From Patescibacteria group bacterium (GTDB lineage Bacteria; Patescibacteriota; Patescibacteriia; 2-02-FULL-49-11), in contig JBAZQN010000011.1 in NCBI GenBank assembly GCA_041645165.1, positions 1,254 to 65,253 on the forward strand: 64,000 nt of DNA, in the 5' to 3' direction. The notes under the pieces are model-generated. The model saw nothing but the letters and a program-made list of their open reading frames with translations. It searched no databases and was not told the DNA's origin. A program made the position numbers and the translations under genes. This document shows positions 25,411-35,423 of the stretch, one piece after another (position 1 is the first letter of the stretch; the number at the start of each line of letters is the position of its first letter).

Positions 25411-27114
25411 TTGGCACGCATTATGAAGCGATATTATTTCATTATTTTGCTTTGCGGCATAGGGGCTCTCTTTTTCCTGCTCTCGATCTTAAGCGCTCCC
25501 GAGCGGAAAGGGGATCCGATGTTTGATTCTCCCGACGAGACTGCGAATTATTTTTGGGCCCAAAGGGTGGCGAAGGGCGAGCCGCTGTGGTACAGCGAGC
25601 CGCTGGAAGTTGTGGGGAATTCTCTTCTCAAACCCCGGAGCATGAATGTGATCGGCACAAGGGTAGTGCCGGGGAGTTTCCTCGGCCTTCCATTGTTATA
25701 TGGTTACATGGCTCAATGGTTTGGCATATGGTTAATCCCATATCTCACGCCGTTATTTGCTTCGCTCGCAGTAATTGCGTTTGGGTTATTGATGAGAAGG
25801 TTATTCGGCGCTTCTATGGGGTTGTTGAGCGCAGCGCTGCTCGCTTTTTTGCCACCATGGTGGTATTACGCGAGCAGGGGGATGTATCATAACGTGCTGT
25901 TTGTGAGTTTGGTGATCATCGGCATGAGTTTGCTGATGTGTGCTTGTTTCTGGATCCCAAGCATCTCGGTGCGGGATGACAATAAAGCGAGGGTATTTAT
26001 ACGACAAGCGATAAGGCTGATTGCGTATGGCATCGCAGGTTTATGCATTGGATTTTCTCTCGTGGTACGTTCATCGGAATTGGTTTGGGTAGCCTTCCTG
26101 ACTGTTTTTTGTTTCATATCTGGGTGGCGGAGGGTAAGAGTATCGGGCGCGTTGTTATTTATAGCGTGCGGCCTATTCGCTTTTTTGCCGTTGTTTACCA
26201 CTAACATTGAATTATACGACGCGCCGATATCCATCGGGTATCGCGGCGTACAAGGGATGGAGTTGGGTGAGTTTATAACCAAATTGCCTGATGCGCAATT
26301 CCGCAATCTTTTCTTTGCGCCATTCGGTATTAATTTTTCACAAACGGTATTGGCGATGCAGCAATTCCTGGTCATCTATTATTGGTGGTGGTGCGCGTTG
26401 GGTGCGGCAGGCATACTCCTTATGGTTATCAGGTTTTTTAGCACTTCTCGAGATGAAAAAATGAAATGGGCAGGGTATAGCGCGTCTGCCGCGGCAGTCA
26501 CCATCTTGCTGGTGATCTATTATGGCTCGTGGGCGTTTTCAGACCGTATTGACCGGAACACGATATCGCTCAACACGTCTTTTTTCCGTTATTGGCTGCC
26601 TATTTATATGTTGGGAATACCCTTCGTGGCATATGCAATTCTTGCATTGAGCAGGTTATTGCGCCGATCGCGTATGCGTAATGCGGCGGCGTGCATGGCA
26701 GTGTGCATGCTGGCATTTTTCTCAGCGCGTTTGGCGCTTTTAGATACTGATGAAAGCCTTATGTCAGTGCGCATGAGGCTCTCTGCAGCTCATTTTGAGC
26801 TTCAAGCAGCGAAGAGCCATATGCAACCACAGGCAGTCATTATAATTTTCCCGCAAGCGGATAAAATACTTTTCCCTGCATACCGGAGGCTCATTACCGC
26901 AATGGTGACGCCTGATGATTTCCGTGCGGCAAGGAGATTGGCGGAATTGCTGCCGGTGTATTACTATACGTATGCGCCTCCGGAATATATTGGGCAAATA
27001 ATTACACCGCTATTCAAGAAATATAATCTGCAAATCGTAAACGGTAAGAAAGTGTATGCGAATCACTGGGTTTGGCAGATATTGCCGCTCACGGAAGCTT
27101 TAGTTCGTTTTTAA
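25411..27114 (+). CDS. polytopic membrane protein, GT-C-like (ArnT/PMT-type) glycosyltransferase candidate, with an in-frame family-H insertion
   Basis: 567 aa, more than 10 TM helices, acidic DSPDE motif in the first loop. Nucleotides 25941-25988 (tgtttctggatccc…gcgggatgac) encode CFWIPSISVRDDNK. Confidence 0.5.
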   Translation: MARIMKRYYFIILLCGIGALFFLLSILSAPERKGDPMFDSPDETANYFWAQRVAKGEPLWYSEPLEVVGNSLLKPRSMNVIGTRVVPGSFLGLPLLYGYMAQWFGIWLIPYLTPLFASLAVIAFGLLMRRLFGASMGLLSAALLAFLPPWWYYASRGMYHNVLFVSLVIIGMSLLMCACFWIPSISVRDDNKARVFIRQAIRLIAYGIAGLCIGFSLVVRSSELVWVAFLTVFCFISGWRRVRVSGALLFIACGLFAFLPLFTTNIELYDAPISIGYRGVQGMELGEFITKLPDAQFRNLFFAPFGINFSQTVLAMQQFLVIYYWWWCALGAAGILLMVIRFFSTSRDEKMKWAGYSASAAAVTILLVIYYGSWAFSDRIDRNTISLNTSFFRYWLPIYMLGIPFVAYAILALSRLLRRSRMRNAAACMAVCMLAFFSARLALLDTDESLMSVRMRLSAAHFELQAAKSHMQPQAVIIIFPQADKILFPAYRRLITAMVTPDDFRAARRLAELLPVYYYTYAPPEYIGQIITPLFKKYNLQIVNGKKVYANHWVWQILPLTEALVRF

Positions 27115-27188
27115 ATGTCGGAGACCCCAAGTAGTAGAAACTTCGTTTCACTACGGGGCAGGCAAGCTCCGACGCTACAATTATAAAT

Positions 27189-28391
27189 ATGTTCATACCC
27201 CCTCGGCATATATTAGAAAAGTACGCTAAAGTCCTTATACGTTTCGCGCTCAATTCAGGCAAAGGCATCAAGAAGGGGGATGTTGTGCTTTTGCAGGTTT
27301 CGGAATCAGCCAAGCCTCTCTATGTGGCGTTGAGGAATGAGGTGCTGCGTGCGGGAGGAACCTTTATTTCACAGTATGCGCCGGATGACGTTGCCCGCGA
27401 TTATTATAAGCTCGCATCTCCGGAGCAGTTGCGCGCGTTTCCCACACAATACTACCGCGGGCTTATAGACCAGATAGACCATTCGGTATTCGTGGCGGCG
27501 GAGAGCGATATGCATGAGTTGGAAGGCATACCTCCGAAAAAAATAATGCTGCGCCATCTTTCTCTGAAACCCTATCAGCTCTGGCGGGAAGACAAGGAGA
27601 ATAAAGGCAGATTTACCTGGACCATCGGCCTTTACGGCACCGAGGCAATGGCGCGAGAGGCGCATATGAGCACAAAGGAATACTGGCGACAGATTATCAA
27701 AGCCTGTTTCCTCGATTATGCGGATCCTGTGGCGCAATGGAAAAAGGTATTTTTGAAGGTGGAAAAGACGCAACGCGCGCTCAATCGTTTGCGCATTGAA
27801 TCGCTTGAGGTGAAAGGCGAAGGAGTTGATTTAAGCGTCCGTCTGGGGAAGGGGAGACGGTGGCTTGGAGGGAGCGGAAGGAATATTCCCAGCTTTGAAT
27901 TGTTCATTTCACCCGATTGGAGAGGGGTTGAGGGCACCATACGGTTTAATCAGCCATTGTACCGCTATGGGAACCTCATGGAAGGCGTTTCTTTGGTTTT
28001 CAAAAATGGCGAAGTGGTGAGTGCGCGTGCGCAGAAGAATGGAAAATTGTTGAGGGAAATGATCCGGACTGACCGCGGCGCGAAAAGGGTAGGCGAGTTT
28101 TCGCTAACCGACCGCAGGATGTCCCGCATCACAAAATTTATGGCAGAGACATTGTATGACGAGAACAGGGGCGGCAGGTATGGCAATATGCACATTGCGC
28201 TCGGGAAGGCATATAAGGATTCCTATCCCGGCAATGCGGCCAATCTTTCGAAAGCCGCGTGGCGGGCGCTCGGATATAACGAATCAGCGATTCATACCGA
28301 TGTGGTGAGCACGACGAAAAGAGTGGTGACTGCGGTGCTCAAAGGCGGGAAGAAGAAAGTGATTTATAAGGACGGGGAATTTTTAATGTAA
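27189..28391 (+). CDS. M29-family aminopeptidase (AmpS/PepS-like)
   Basis: 400 aa, matching M29 aminopeptidases in length and in the pattern of conserved acidic and His residues in the C-terminal half. This is a pattern-level call. Confidence 0.5.
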   Translation: MFIPPRHILEKYAKVLIRFALNSGKGIKKGDVVLLQVSESAKPLYVALRNEVLRAGGTFISQYAPDDVARDYYKLASPEQLRAFPTQYYRGLIDQIDHSVFVAAESDMHELEGIPPKKIMLRHLSLKPYQLWREDKENKGRFTWTIGLYGTEAMAREAHMSTKEYWRQIIKACFLDYADPVAQWKKVFLKVEKTQRALNRLRIESLEVKGEGVDLSVRLGKGRRWLGGSGRNIPSFELFISPDWRGVEGTIRFNQPLYRYGNLMEGVSLVFKNGEVVSARAQKNGKLLREMIRTDRGAKRVGEFSLTDRRMSRITKFMAETLYDENRGGRYGNMHIALGKAYKDSYPGNAANLSKAAWRALGYNESAIHTDVVSTTKRVVTAVLKGGKKKVIYKDGEFLM

Positions 28392-28404
28392 AATCTCAAT
28401 GACC

Positions 28405-28500
28405 AAATCCTCCCGCCTCAGCGGGATCCCGCTTACCTTAAGAAAATAGAATCAAGGTGCGGGACAATGACCAATGAAATTCCAAATCCCAAATTCAAAA
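28405..28500. repeat. MITE-C copy (gcgggatcccgcttaccttaagaaaatagaatcaaggtgcgggac) plus an aaatcccaaat heptamer tract
   Basis: The reverse complement recurs at 54284-54340. The tract overlaps the start of ORF 28474. Confidence 0.75.
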
Positions 28501-29076
28501 TCCAAAGTGGTAATAATTGTGACGAGGAAGATTTTCTTAAGTGTTATCATCCTATTTTTTCTTTATTTTTTTATCCGCGATTTGAATCCTTCTGGGGCAC
28601 GAGATATAAAATATGATTTTTGCAGGCCTTCCCCGTATGTCTCTGAACTCTCGCCGCTGGGAAGAGTGCTTGCTATAGAAAAGACAGAAGATTTTTGTTA
28701 CCAACGCATGGTGATAGATCCGGTGTACGTAGATGTGCGCCTGCCGCAGTCATATGATGCAGTGACCGTGAGCGCGGTATATAAAAAACCCAGGAGCCAA
28801 ACGTTGTCGCTCGGGGTGAGAGCTTCGCTCTACGAGTGGCAATGGAAGATGGAAACGCTTATCAGTGCCGTACACAATGATTGGCAAACGCAGGAGGTCC
28901 ATTTTGATATAACTGCGCTGCCGCTTGAGCGTCGCCGTATCCGTTTTATTATCTCATCCCCCGGTTTGGGGGATTCAGGCAAGGAAATTGAATTTCGTGA
29001 ATTGACATTTAAATTTAATAAGCAGCCGTTTAACTTAGGCATGGTTAAGAGATGGCTTAAGTCGTTTGTGCGATAA
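28474..29076 (+). CDS. hypothetical membrane-anchored protein
   Basis: 200 aa with an N-terminal TM helix. The annotated start lies in repeat DNA, so the true start is uncertain. Confidence 0.4.
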   Translation: MKFQIPNSKSKVVIIVTRKIFLSVIILFFLYFFIRDLNPSGARDIKYDFCRPSPYVSELSPLGRVLAIEKTEDFCYQRMVIDPVYVDVRLPQSYDAVTVSAVYKKPRSQTLSLGVRASLYEWQWKMETLISAVHNDWQTQEVHFDITALPLERRRIRFIISSPGLGDSGKEIEFRELTFKFNKQPFNLGMVKRWLKSFVR

Positions 29077-29368
29077 GACAGATAGGTTGGATAAGACACA
29101 TAAGTCGGATAAATGAATTATGGCAAGTATTTTACTTCACGAATTCACCCGTGCGCTCGGCGTTTTCACATTAGGAGGATTTGTGTTGGAGTTTATCAAA
29201 GAAGGGTTAGTGTCAAATTCCTTTGATTTGCATATCGCTGTTTTAGCCCTGATTCCTTTGCTTCTCCTTGATATTTTCTTTATACTACATAACAGCAGTT
29301 AGATTCATCCGGTCATTCGACCGGATGCCCGATCGGATGATCGGGCAGATTCTAAATTCTTCACAGGT

Positions 29369-30253
29369 ATGACTATTGTACTGTGCGCGAGCATGAGTTT
29401 TGCCAAAGAGGTGACCGAGACGGCCCTTGCGCTTGAGCGTGCAGGGCATAACGTGCTTCGCCCTTTAAGCCATGAATTGTGGCTTGAGCATGGGATGGAA
29501 AAGGGGAAAGAGGGGGAACTGGAATTTATGCGCGAGTATGATCTCATGCGGAAGCATTATGAGCATATGAAGCGCACAGATGCGCTGGTGGTATTGAATT
29601 ATGAAAAAAGAGGGACCCCGGGCTATATCGGAGGAGGCGTGTTAATGGAAATGGGATTTGCACATGTGCTCCATAAGCCAATCTATCTTTTGCAGCCTTT
29701 GCCTGAAGCGCCTTACCGTGATGAAATTGAGGTAATGAATCCCATACTCCTTCATGGGAATTTGAAAAATATTCCAATAGAGACCACCCCTCCTCTTCTC
29801 CTTACTAAGGAGGGAATCATGGGGGAGGTGAAAGGAGGGCAGATGAAGCGAGTAGCCACGTATGGCCAAAATGACAAAGAGAATGGCTTTTTAATGGAAT
29901 TATTAAAGGAGGGGAGGTTTACGAAAGCGTACCTCACCTCGGTGTTCCCTGAATCATTTAAAGGGTATCACCTCCATAGGGTGCGGGAGACCAACTATGC
30001 GGCAGTGCGCGGTAAAATGCATGTAGTACTTTATGCGATACATGGGCAAGGATGGCGCCGTACCGAATACGTGCTCGACAGCGCCCAGGGCGATACACTC
30101 CATATACCCGTAAATGTGGCGACAGGTTTTGAAAGCGCCACGAAGGAGGAGGCATGGATGATTAATTTTCCCGAACCTGCTTATGACCCGGAACTGAAAG
30201 ATGAGCAAGTTGAATATTCTCAGGAGGAGTTAATACAAGGTATAGTAAAATGA
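29369..30253 (+). CDS. hypothetical two-domain protein (N-terminal Rossmann-like; C-terminal FdtA/WxcM-like cupin)
   Basis: The C-terminal segment KGYHLHRVRETNYAAVRGKMHVVLYAIHGQ…GDTLHIPVNVATGFE resembles sugar 3,4-ketoisomerase cupins. This is a weak call. Confidence 0.35.
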   Translation: MTIVLCASMSFAKEVTETALALERAGHNVLRPLSHELWLEHGMEKGKEGELEFMREYDLMRKHYEHMKRTDALVVLNYEKRGTPGYIGGGVLMEMGFAHVLHKPIYLLQPLPEAPYRDEIEVMNPILLHGNLKNIPIETTPPLLLTKEGIMGEVKGGQMKRVATYGQNDKENGFLMELLKEGRFTKAYLTSVFPESFKGYHLHRVRETNYAAVRGKMHVVLYAIHGQGWRRTEYVLDSAQGDTLHIPVNVATGFESATKEEAWMINFPEPAYDPELKDEQVEYSQEELIQGIVK

Positions 30254-30284
30254 TATTGTTAAAATTTTTCAGTAATATTATTTT

Positions 30285-30400
30285 ATAAGCCCCAAACCCC
30301 AATACCCAATGACCAATAAAATCCCAAATCCCAATATTTCAAATTGGTTATTTGGATTTTGAGTTTTATTGGAAATTGGGATTTGGACATTGGGATTTAA
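30285..30400. repeat. heptamer-periodic quasi-palindrome (ccccaaa/ccccaat/acccaat/gaccaat/aaaatcc… mirrored by …ttgggatttgg)
   Basis: Same family as 59150-59262 (shared string ggattttattggaaatt.gggatttgg) and the tracts at 28450 and 54215. Confidence 0.8.
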
Positions 30401-30403
30401 TCA

Positions 30404-30823
30404 ATGCCTATGCCCGACTGTCTTTTTTGCAAAATCGGCACACACGAAATCCAATCGAAAGTGGTGCACGAGGATAGCGAGACGATTGCATTCCTCGACA
30501 TTCATCCCTTGTCTGCGGGGCACACCGTGCTTGTTTCGAAAACCCACACGCCTACGGTGACGACCTTACCCTCGCATGCGCTTTCTCCGCTCATCGTGGC
30601 GGTGCAGCGCGTCACCCATATTATAGAATCAGCCCTCAAACCTGACGGCTTTAATATCGGATGGAATCATGGTGAAGCAGGAGGGCAGACTATAGGGCAT
30701 CTGCATATCCACATAATCCCCCGGTGGCAGGGCGACGGCGGAGGGTCCATCCATACCATCGTGCACAATCCGCCCGCGGAAGATTTGGAGTCGATTTATA
30801 AAAAATTAAAATCAGTCACATGA
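30404..30823 (+). CDS. HIT-family (histidine triad) hydrolase
   Basis: Histidine triad HLHIHIIP and N-terminal CLFCKI. Confidence 0.85.
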   Translation: MPMPDCLFCKIGTHEIQSKVVHEDSETIAFLDIHPLSAGHTVLVSKTHTPTVTTLPSHALSPLIVAVQRVTHIIESALKPDGFNIGWNHGEAGGQTIGHLHIHIIPRWQGDGGGSIHTIVHNPPAEDLESIYKKLKSVT

Positions 30824-30921
30824 GGTATTAGGCATTATGTATCAGGTATTAGGGAGTTGAAGTGCATAATACGTAATACGAAATACGTGATACGAAACCT
30901 TTGTACTATTAATATTTTAAT

Positions 30922-32175
30922 ATGCATTCTCATATAAAGGATATATCGTTCGCGCCTCAAGGGAAACGCCGCATTGAATGGGCTTCCCGCGAAATGCCCG
31001 TATTGAAGCTGATCGCGTCGCGTTTCCAAAAAGAGCAGCCTTTGAAAGGCGTGCGTGTTTCCGCGTGCCTGCATGTGACTGCGGAAACTGCTAATTTAAT
31101 GAAAACATTGCGCGCGGGCGGCGCTGAAGTGCTCCTCTGCGCTTCCAATCCGCTCTCGACCCAAGATGATGTGGCGGCAGCGCTTGTGAAAGAGGGGATG
31201 CCGGTGTTTGCCAAACGGGGGGAGGATCGCGCATCATTCTATCGCCATCTGGTGGCGGCGCTTGACCATCATCCTCAAATCACCATGGACGATGGGGGCG
31301 ACCTTATCTACCTTCTCCATACGAAACGCAAGTCGCAGCTGAAACAGGTTGCCGGCTCGTGCGAGGAAACGACAACCGGGGTGATACGGCTGCGCGCCAT
31401 GGAGAAAGAGGGAAAGCTACGCGTGCCGGTCATTGACGTGAATGATGCCAAAACCAAGCATTTTTTTGATAACCGATATGGCACCGGGCAATCTACCGTG
31501 GACGGCATTGTGCGCGCGACTAACGTGCTCCTCGCAGGCAAGGTTTTTGTGGTTGCGGGATATGGATGGTGCGGAAGGGGGCTTGCCATGCGCGCGCGCG
31601 GCATGGGTGCCCGCGTGGTGGTGACGGAAGTGGATCCGGTTGCCGCGATTGAAGCGGTGATGGACGGATATGAAGTGAAATCCATGGCAGCAGTGGCGGC
31701 GGAAGGAGACATTTTTGTAACCGCGACCGGCGATGTGAGCGTGGTGCGCAAAGAGCACATGCTGCGCATGAAAGACGGGGCGATCCTTGCGAACACGGGG
31801 CATTTCAATGTGGAAATTGACGTCCAAGACCTTGAGAAAATAACGAAAGCGAAGAAGGCAGTGAGGGAGAACGTAGTTGAATTTACATTAAAATCAGGCA
31901 TGCGGCTCAATCTTATTGCAGAGGGCAGGCTTGTCAATTTAGCCGCTGCCGAAGGGCACCCTTCCGCAGTCATGGACATGAGCTTTGCCAATCAGTCTTT
32001 ATCAGCAGAATACCTTTGGCTTCATCGGGGCACGCTCCTGCCGAAGGTGTACCATGTGCCGCAAGAAATAGACGAACGCATTGCTACATTGAAGTTGAAG
32101 GCGATGGGAGTCAGGATAGATACCTTGACTGCTAAACAGGAGAGGTATCTCCAGAGTTGGAGAGAGGGAACTTAG
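30922..32175 (+). CDS. ahcY: adenosylhomocysteinase
   Basis: 417 aa with full-length SAH-hydrolase architecture (substrate domain, NAD domain [11 protein letters not shown]). Confidence 0.9.
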   Translation: MHSHIKDISFAPQGKRRIEWASREMPVLKLIASRFQKEQPLKGVRVSACLHVTAETANLMKTLRAGGAEVLLCASNPLSTQDDVAAALVKEGMPVFAKRGEDRASFYRHLVAALDHHPQITMDDGGDLIYLLHTKRKSQLKQVAGSCEETTTGVIRLRAMEKEGKLRVPVIDVNDAKTKHFFDNRYGTGQSTVDGIVRATNVLLAGKVFVVAGYGWCGRGLAMRARGMGARVVVTEVDPVAAIEAVMDGYEVKSMAAVAAEGDIFVTATGDVSVVRKEHMLRMKDGAILANTGHFNVEIDVQDLEKITKAKKAVRENVVEFTLKSGMRLNLIAEGRLVNLAAAEGHPSAVMDMSFANQSLSAEYLWLHRGTLLPKVYHVPQEIDERIATLKLKAMGVRIDTLTAKQERYLQSWREGT

Positions 32176-32251
32176 TTGTTTTCGTATTAGTGAACGGCTT
32201 GATTAAGAAATGTCAATCCGTAATACGTGATACGTAATACTTAATACCCCA

Positions 32252-33115
32252 ATGATCGACCTCCACACCCACTCGCTCCACTCCGACGGCACGGAGACGC
32301 CGCGGCAGCTGGTGGAGCGCGCAGAAAAAGCGCATCTTGCCTTATTTGCCATTGCAGACCATGATACGGTTGCAGGACTTGAGGAAGCGGTGGCTGTCGC
32401 GCGTGAGCTTCAAGTGCGGCTGCTGCCCGCGATTGAGCTCACGGTTGACCTTCATGGCGGCCACGTGCACATACTAGGTTACGGGATTGACTGGCAGAAC
32501 AAGGAATTGCGAGAAGCGCTTGTATGGCGGCAAGAAGGGCGGCGCGTGCAATTTTATGAGAAGGTGCGGCTCGCCAATGAACGGTTGCGCGCTGACGGCA
32601 AAAGCCACTTGGACGCAGAAGCACTCTTAAAAACCATTCAGGGGATTCCGGGAAGGCCCCACATCGCGCACGCGATTGTAGCCAAAGGGTGGGAACCGCA
32701 TTTCCGTCCTGCATTTGATAAGTATTTACTTGACTATGTGCCTGAGACCACCGCGTTTAAATCCCAGCAGGCGATTGAGCTCATCCATCGCGCAGGCGGC
32801 ATTGCGTCACTTGCCCATCCGGGTTCGAGTGAGATAGGATTGGGGAGATTTGCGAAGACCGAAAAAGAGGTAAGTGGTGCGCTTAAGGAATTGATCGCGC
32901 AAGGAATTGATGGAGTAGAAGCTTGGACTCCCGCGCATACGTTTGAAACGCGCGTATTCTATGAAAAGCTGGCGCAGGAGTTGCATCTCATCATAACCGG
33001 CGGCACCGACTGGCACGGACCCACGTTTGACGCGCCGGCGCCGGGGGAGTTTGAGATACCGGATGAGGTATGTAATAAATTAAAGAGCGCACTGAAGATT
33101 GATAATCCTTTTTAA
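32252..33115 (+). CDS. PHP-domain metal-dependent phosphoesterase
   Basis: N-terminus MIDLHTHSLHSDG (HxH) plus later His/Asp ligands. Confidence 0.8.
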   Translation: MIDLHTHSLHSDGTETPRQLVERAEKAHLALFAIADHDTVAGLEEAVAVARELQVRLLPAIELTVDLHGGHVHILGYGIDWQNKELREALVWRQEGRRVQFYEKVRLANERLRADGKSHLDAEALLKTIQGIPGRPHIAHAIVAKGWEPHFRPAFDKYLLDYVPETTAFKSQQAIELIHRAGGIASLAHPGSSEIGLGRFAKTEKEVSGALKELIAQGIDGVEAWTPAHTFETRVFYEKLAQELHLIITGGTDWHGPTFDAPAPGEFEIPDEVCNKLKSALKIDNPF

Positions 33116-33119
33116 GTAT

Positions 33120-34130
33120 ATGCGCATTTTTGTCACAGGCGGAGCAGGATTCATGGGATCGAATTTTGTTCATTACCTCCTCGGGAAATATCCGGGGTAT
33201 GAAGTATTGAATTTTGATAAATTGACCTATGCGGGAAATTTGGAAAATGTGCGTGATCTTGAAACCGATAAGCGCTACCAATTCATCAAGGGAGACATTG
33301 CAGACGAGAAAGCGGTAAGAGGCGCAATGGAGGCTTTTAAGCCAGACGCGGTGATAAATTACGCCGCGGAAACGCATGTGGACCGCTCGATCCAAGCACC
33401 GCGCGATTTTTTATTCACCGATGTGATTGGCACCTACACGCTCCTTGAAGCGGTGAGAGAATTTAACGTGACCCGTTTTATCCAGATTTCCACCGATGAG
33501 GTGTATGGCAGCACCACGCAGGGGAAATTCAGCGAAGAGAGCAGTTTTAATCCTTCAAGCCCTTATTCGGCATCAAAGGCGGGAGGGGATCACATGGTGA
33601 TGGCGTATTGGAGGACGTATAAGGCGCCCGTCATCCGCACTCACTCGTGCAATAATTTTGGCCCCTTTCAGTATCCGGAAAAAATTATTTCATTGTTCAT
33701 CACCAATATCTTGGAAGGCAAGAAGGCACCCTTGTACCAAGGCGGAGAAAAAAATGTGCGCGAATGGATTTATGTGGAAGACCATTGCCGCGCCATTGAC
33801 CACATCCTCCATTATGGGGAATTGGGCGAGGTGTATAATATCGGATCCGGCGATGAGATCGCCAATATTGACCTCACTAAGCGTCTTCTGCAGTTATTGC
33901 ATGTGGGCGAGGAGATGATAGAATATGTGACTGACCGTCCGGGGCATGATTACCGCTATGCCTTAGACTCGAACAAATTGCGCGAGCTTGGCTGGGCGCC
34001 GAAATGGTCGTTTGAGGAGGCGTTAGCGGAGACCGTGGAGTGGTATAAAACACATGCAATCTGGTGGAAGAAATTAAAAAATAAGGATTTTGATAAGTAT
34101 TATAAAAAGCAGTATGGAGAGAGAGTTTGA
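33120..34130 (+). CDS. rfbB: dTDP-glucose 4,6-dehydratase
   Basis: MRIFVTGGAGFMGSNF…, YxxxK and a TDE-type catalytic triad region. The ORF track starts at 33099, and the ATG at 33120 is the likelier start. Confidence 0.9.
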   Translation: MRIFVTGGAGFMGSNFVHYLLGKYPGYEVLNFDKLTYAGNLENVRDLETDKRYQFIKGDIADEKAVRGAMEAFKPDAVINYAAETHVDRSIQAPRDFLFTDVIGTYTLLEAVREFNVTRFIQISTDEVYGSTTQGKFSEESSFNPSSPYSASKAGGDHMVMAYWRTYKAPVIRTHSCNNFGPFQYPEKIISLFITNILEGKKAPLYQGGEKNVREWIYVEDHCRAIDHILHYGELGEVYNIGSGDEIANIDLTKRLLQLLHVGEEMIEYVTDRPGHDYRYALDSNKLRELGWAPKWSFEEALAETVEWYKTHAIWWKKLKNKDFDKYYKKQYGERV

Positions 34131-34154
34131 AATTATTGTGTGTAAAAATGCTCG

Positions 34155-34240
34155 TGATGGGACGATTTTATTCGGCGTCGCGATCTAGCAGCTTGATGCG
34201 CCTTTCCGCCTCAAAAATCGCCCATCCCTCGCTTCATAGG
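34155..34240 (+). repeat. repeat family S copy 3
   Basis: Outer stem gatggg…cccatc. The internal acgatttt/aaaatcgc change is compensated on both arms. Confidence 0.8.
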
Positions 34241-34245
34241 TTTTT

Positions 34246-35289
34246 ATGCCTATTTTAGATAAGGGGATATTACAAAAATATAAGAAAGGGGATGAGTGGC
34301 GTTGGTTGTGGAAACTCCATCCCGGGCATTTGCGGTGGAATGGAGGAGGGAAGAATAGCGTGCTAAGGGATCGAAACGCGTATCCCTGGTGGCAGCGTGT
34401 TGCCCATTGGTTTATTCCTCATGAACGAAACGGCTTCAGGCCCCATGCGGTGCGGCACAACGCGTTAATCGGCTATTCGTTTATTCTCATTGCGGCAAAA
34501 GTGGGATTAACGCTCACGCTCTTCTTGAGCGTTCCCAATGAAGCGTATTTTTCTACACTAACCGCCCAGCGGGTGATAGATCTTACCAACCAGGCGCGGG
34601 TGGAAATCGGTATCGCACCCTTGACGGTGAATCCGCTTCTTGAACGGTCTGCTGGCTTGAAAGTGGAAGATATGGCGAAGATGGGTTATTTCACGCATAC
34701 GAATCCTAAAGGAGAAAGCCCGTGGGAGGATTTCAAGCGGGCAGGGTATGAATATACGTATGCCGGAGAAAACCTCGCAATGGATTTTCGGGAAGCGGAA
34801 GAAGTTGTACAGGCATGGATGGAGAGCCCGAAACACCGCGAAAATATACTTAATCCAAAATATCAAGAAATCGGCATTGCGGTGACTACGGGCACGGTGA
34901 AGGGGAGGACGGTGAGTTTGATTGTGCAGCATTTTGGCACGTCGTATCTTGCGGGAACAAAACGCGAATTTGCGCCTGCCGCGCTTGGCGCGGCCACGCA
35001 GAGCCCCCAGGGAGAGCCTGCGCTTGCCGCCGCAGCCACCCAAGTCACGCTTACCCAAGGCGCCACGCCATTTTCCCTGAATAAGCTCATGAACGTGGCA
35101 TTATGGACTTTCGCGGTGTTTGCGCTCGGGATGATCGTACAGCTCTTGCTCACCATTGTCATCCATATAAAAATACAGCACCGCGGGACGATTTATGCGT
35201 GCCTCGCGGTGATTGCGCTCGCGGTAGGGTTGCTCTATACGAATGTCCACTTCTTGGAGCGTCTGGGCAGCGTGCCGATTATATTTTAA
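34246..35289 (+). CDS. CAP/SCP/PR-1-domain protein with a C-terminal membrane anchor
   Basis: Motifs GYFTHTNPKGESPWED … GENLA … HRENILNPKYQEIGIAV match the CAP-domain signature. Confidence 0.75.
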   Translation: MPILDKGILQKYKKGDEWRWLWKLHPGHLRWNGGGKNSVLRDRNAYPWWQRVAHWFIPHERNGFRPHAVRHNALIGYSFILIAAKVGLTLTLFLSVPNEAYFSTLTAQRVIDLTNQARVEIGIAPLTVNPLLERSAGLKVEDMAKMGYFTHTNPKGESPWEDFKRAGYEYTYAGENLAMDFREAEEVVQAWMESPKHRENILNPKYQEIGIAVTTGTVKGRTVSLIVQHFGTSYLAGTKREFAPAALGAATQSPQGEPALAAAATQVTLTQGATPFSLNKLMNVALWTFAVFALGMIVQLLLTIVIHIKIQHRGTIYACLAVIALAVGLLYTNVHFLERLGSVPIIF

Positions 35290-35423
35290 TGGTATCAGCT
35301 TTTTAATACTATTGCGTAAAGTAGCGTATCATGTAGCGCGAAGTAGCTTCTATGCCCTATCAGTAGAAGCCACTTTTCGCCAGCACATGGGCCAGTGTGC
35401 GCCACTAACGTGAAGAGTTTAAT

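Noticed and set aside
30835-30905. Possible CRISPR array in the taatac/aaatccc tandem tracts
   Set aside because: The units are 7 nt with no spacers of unique sequence. No 24-40 nt repeat-spacer periodicity exists and no cas genes are present.
31308-31991. 227-aa minus-strand ORF opposite ahcY
   Set aside because: An antisense shadow of adenosylhomocysteinase.
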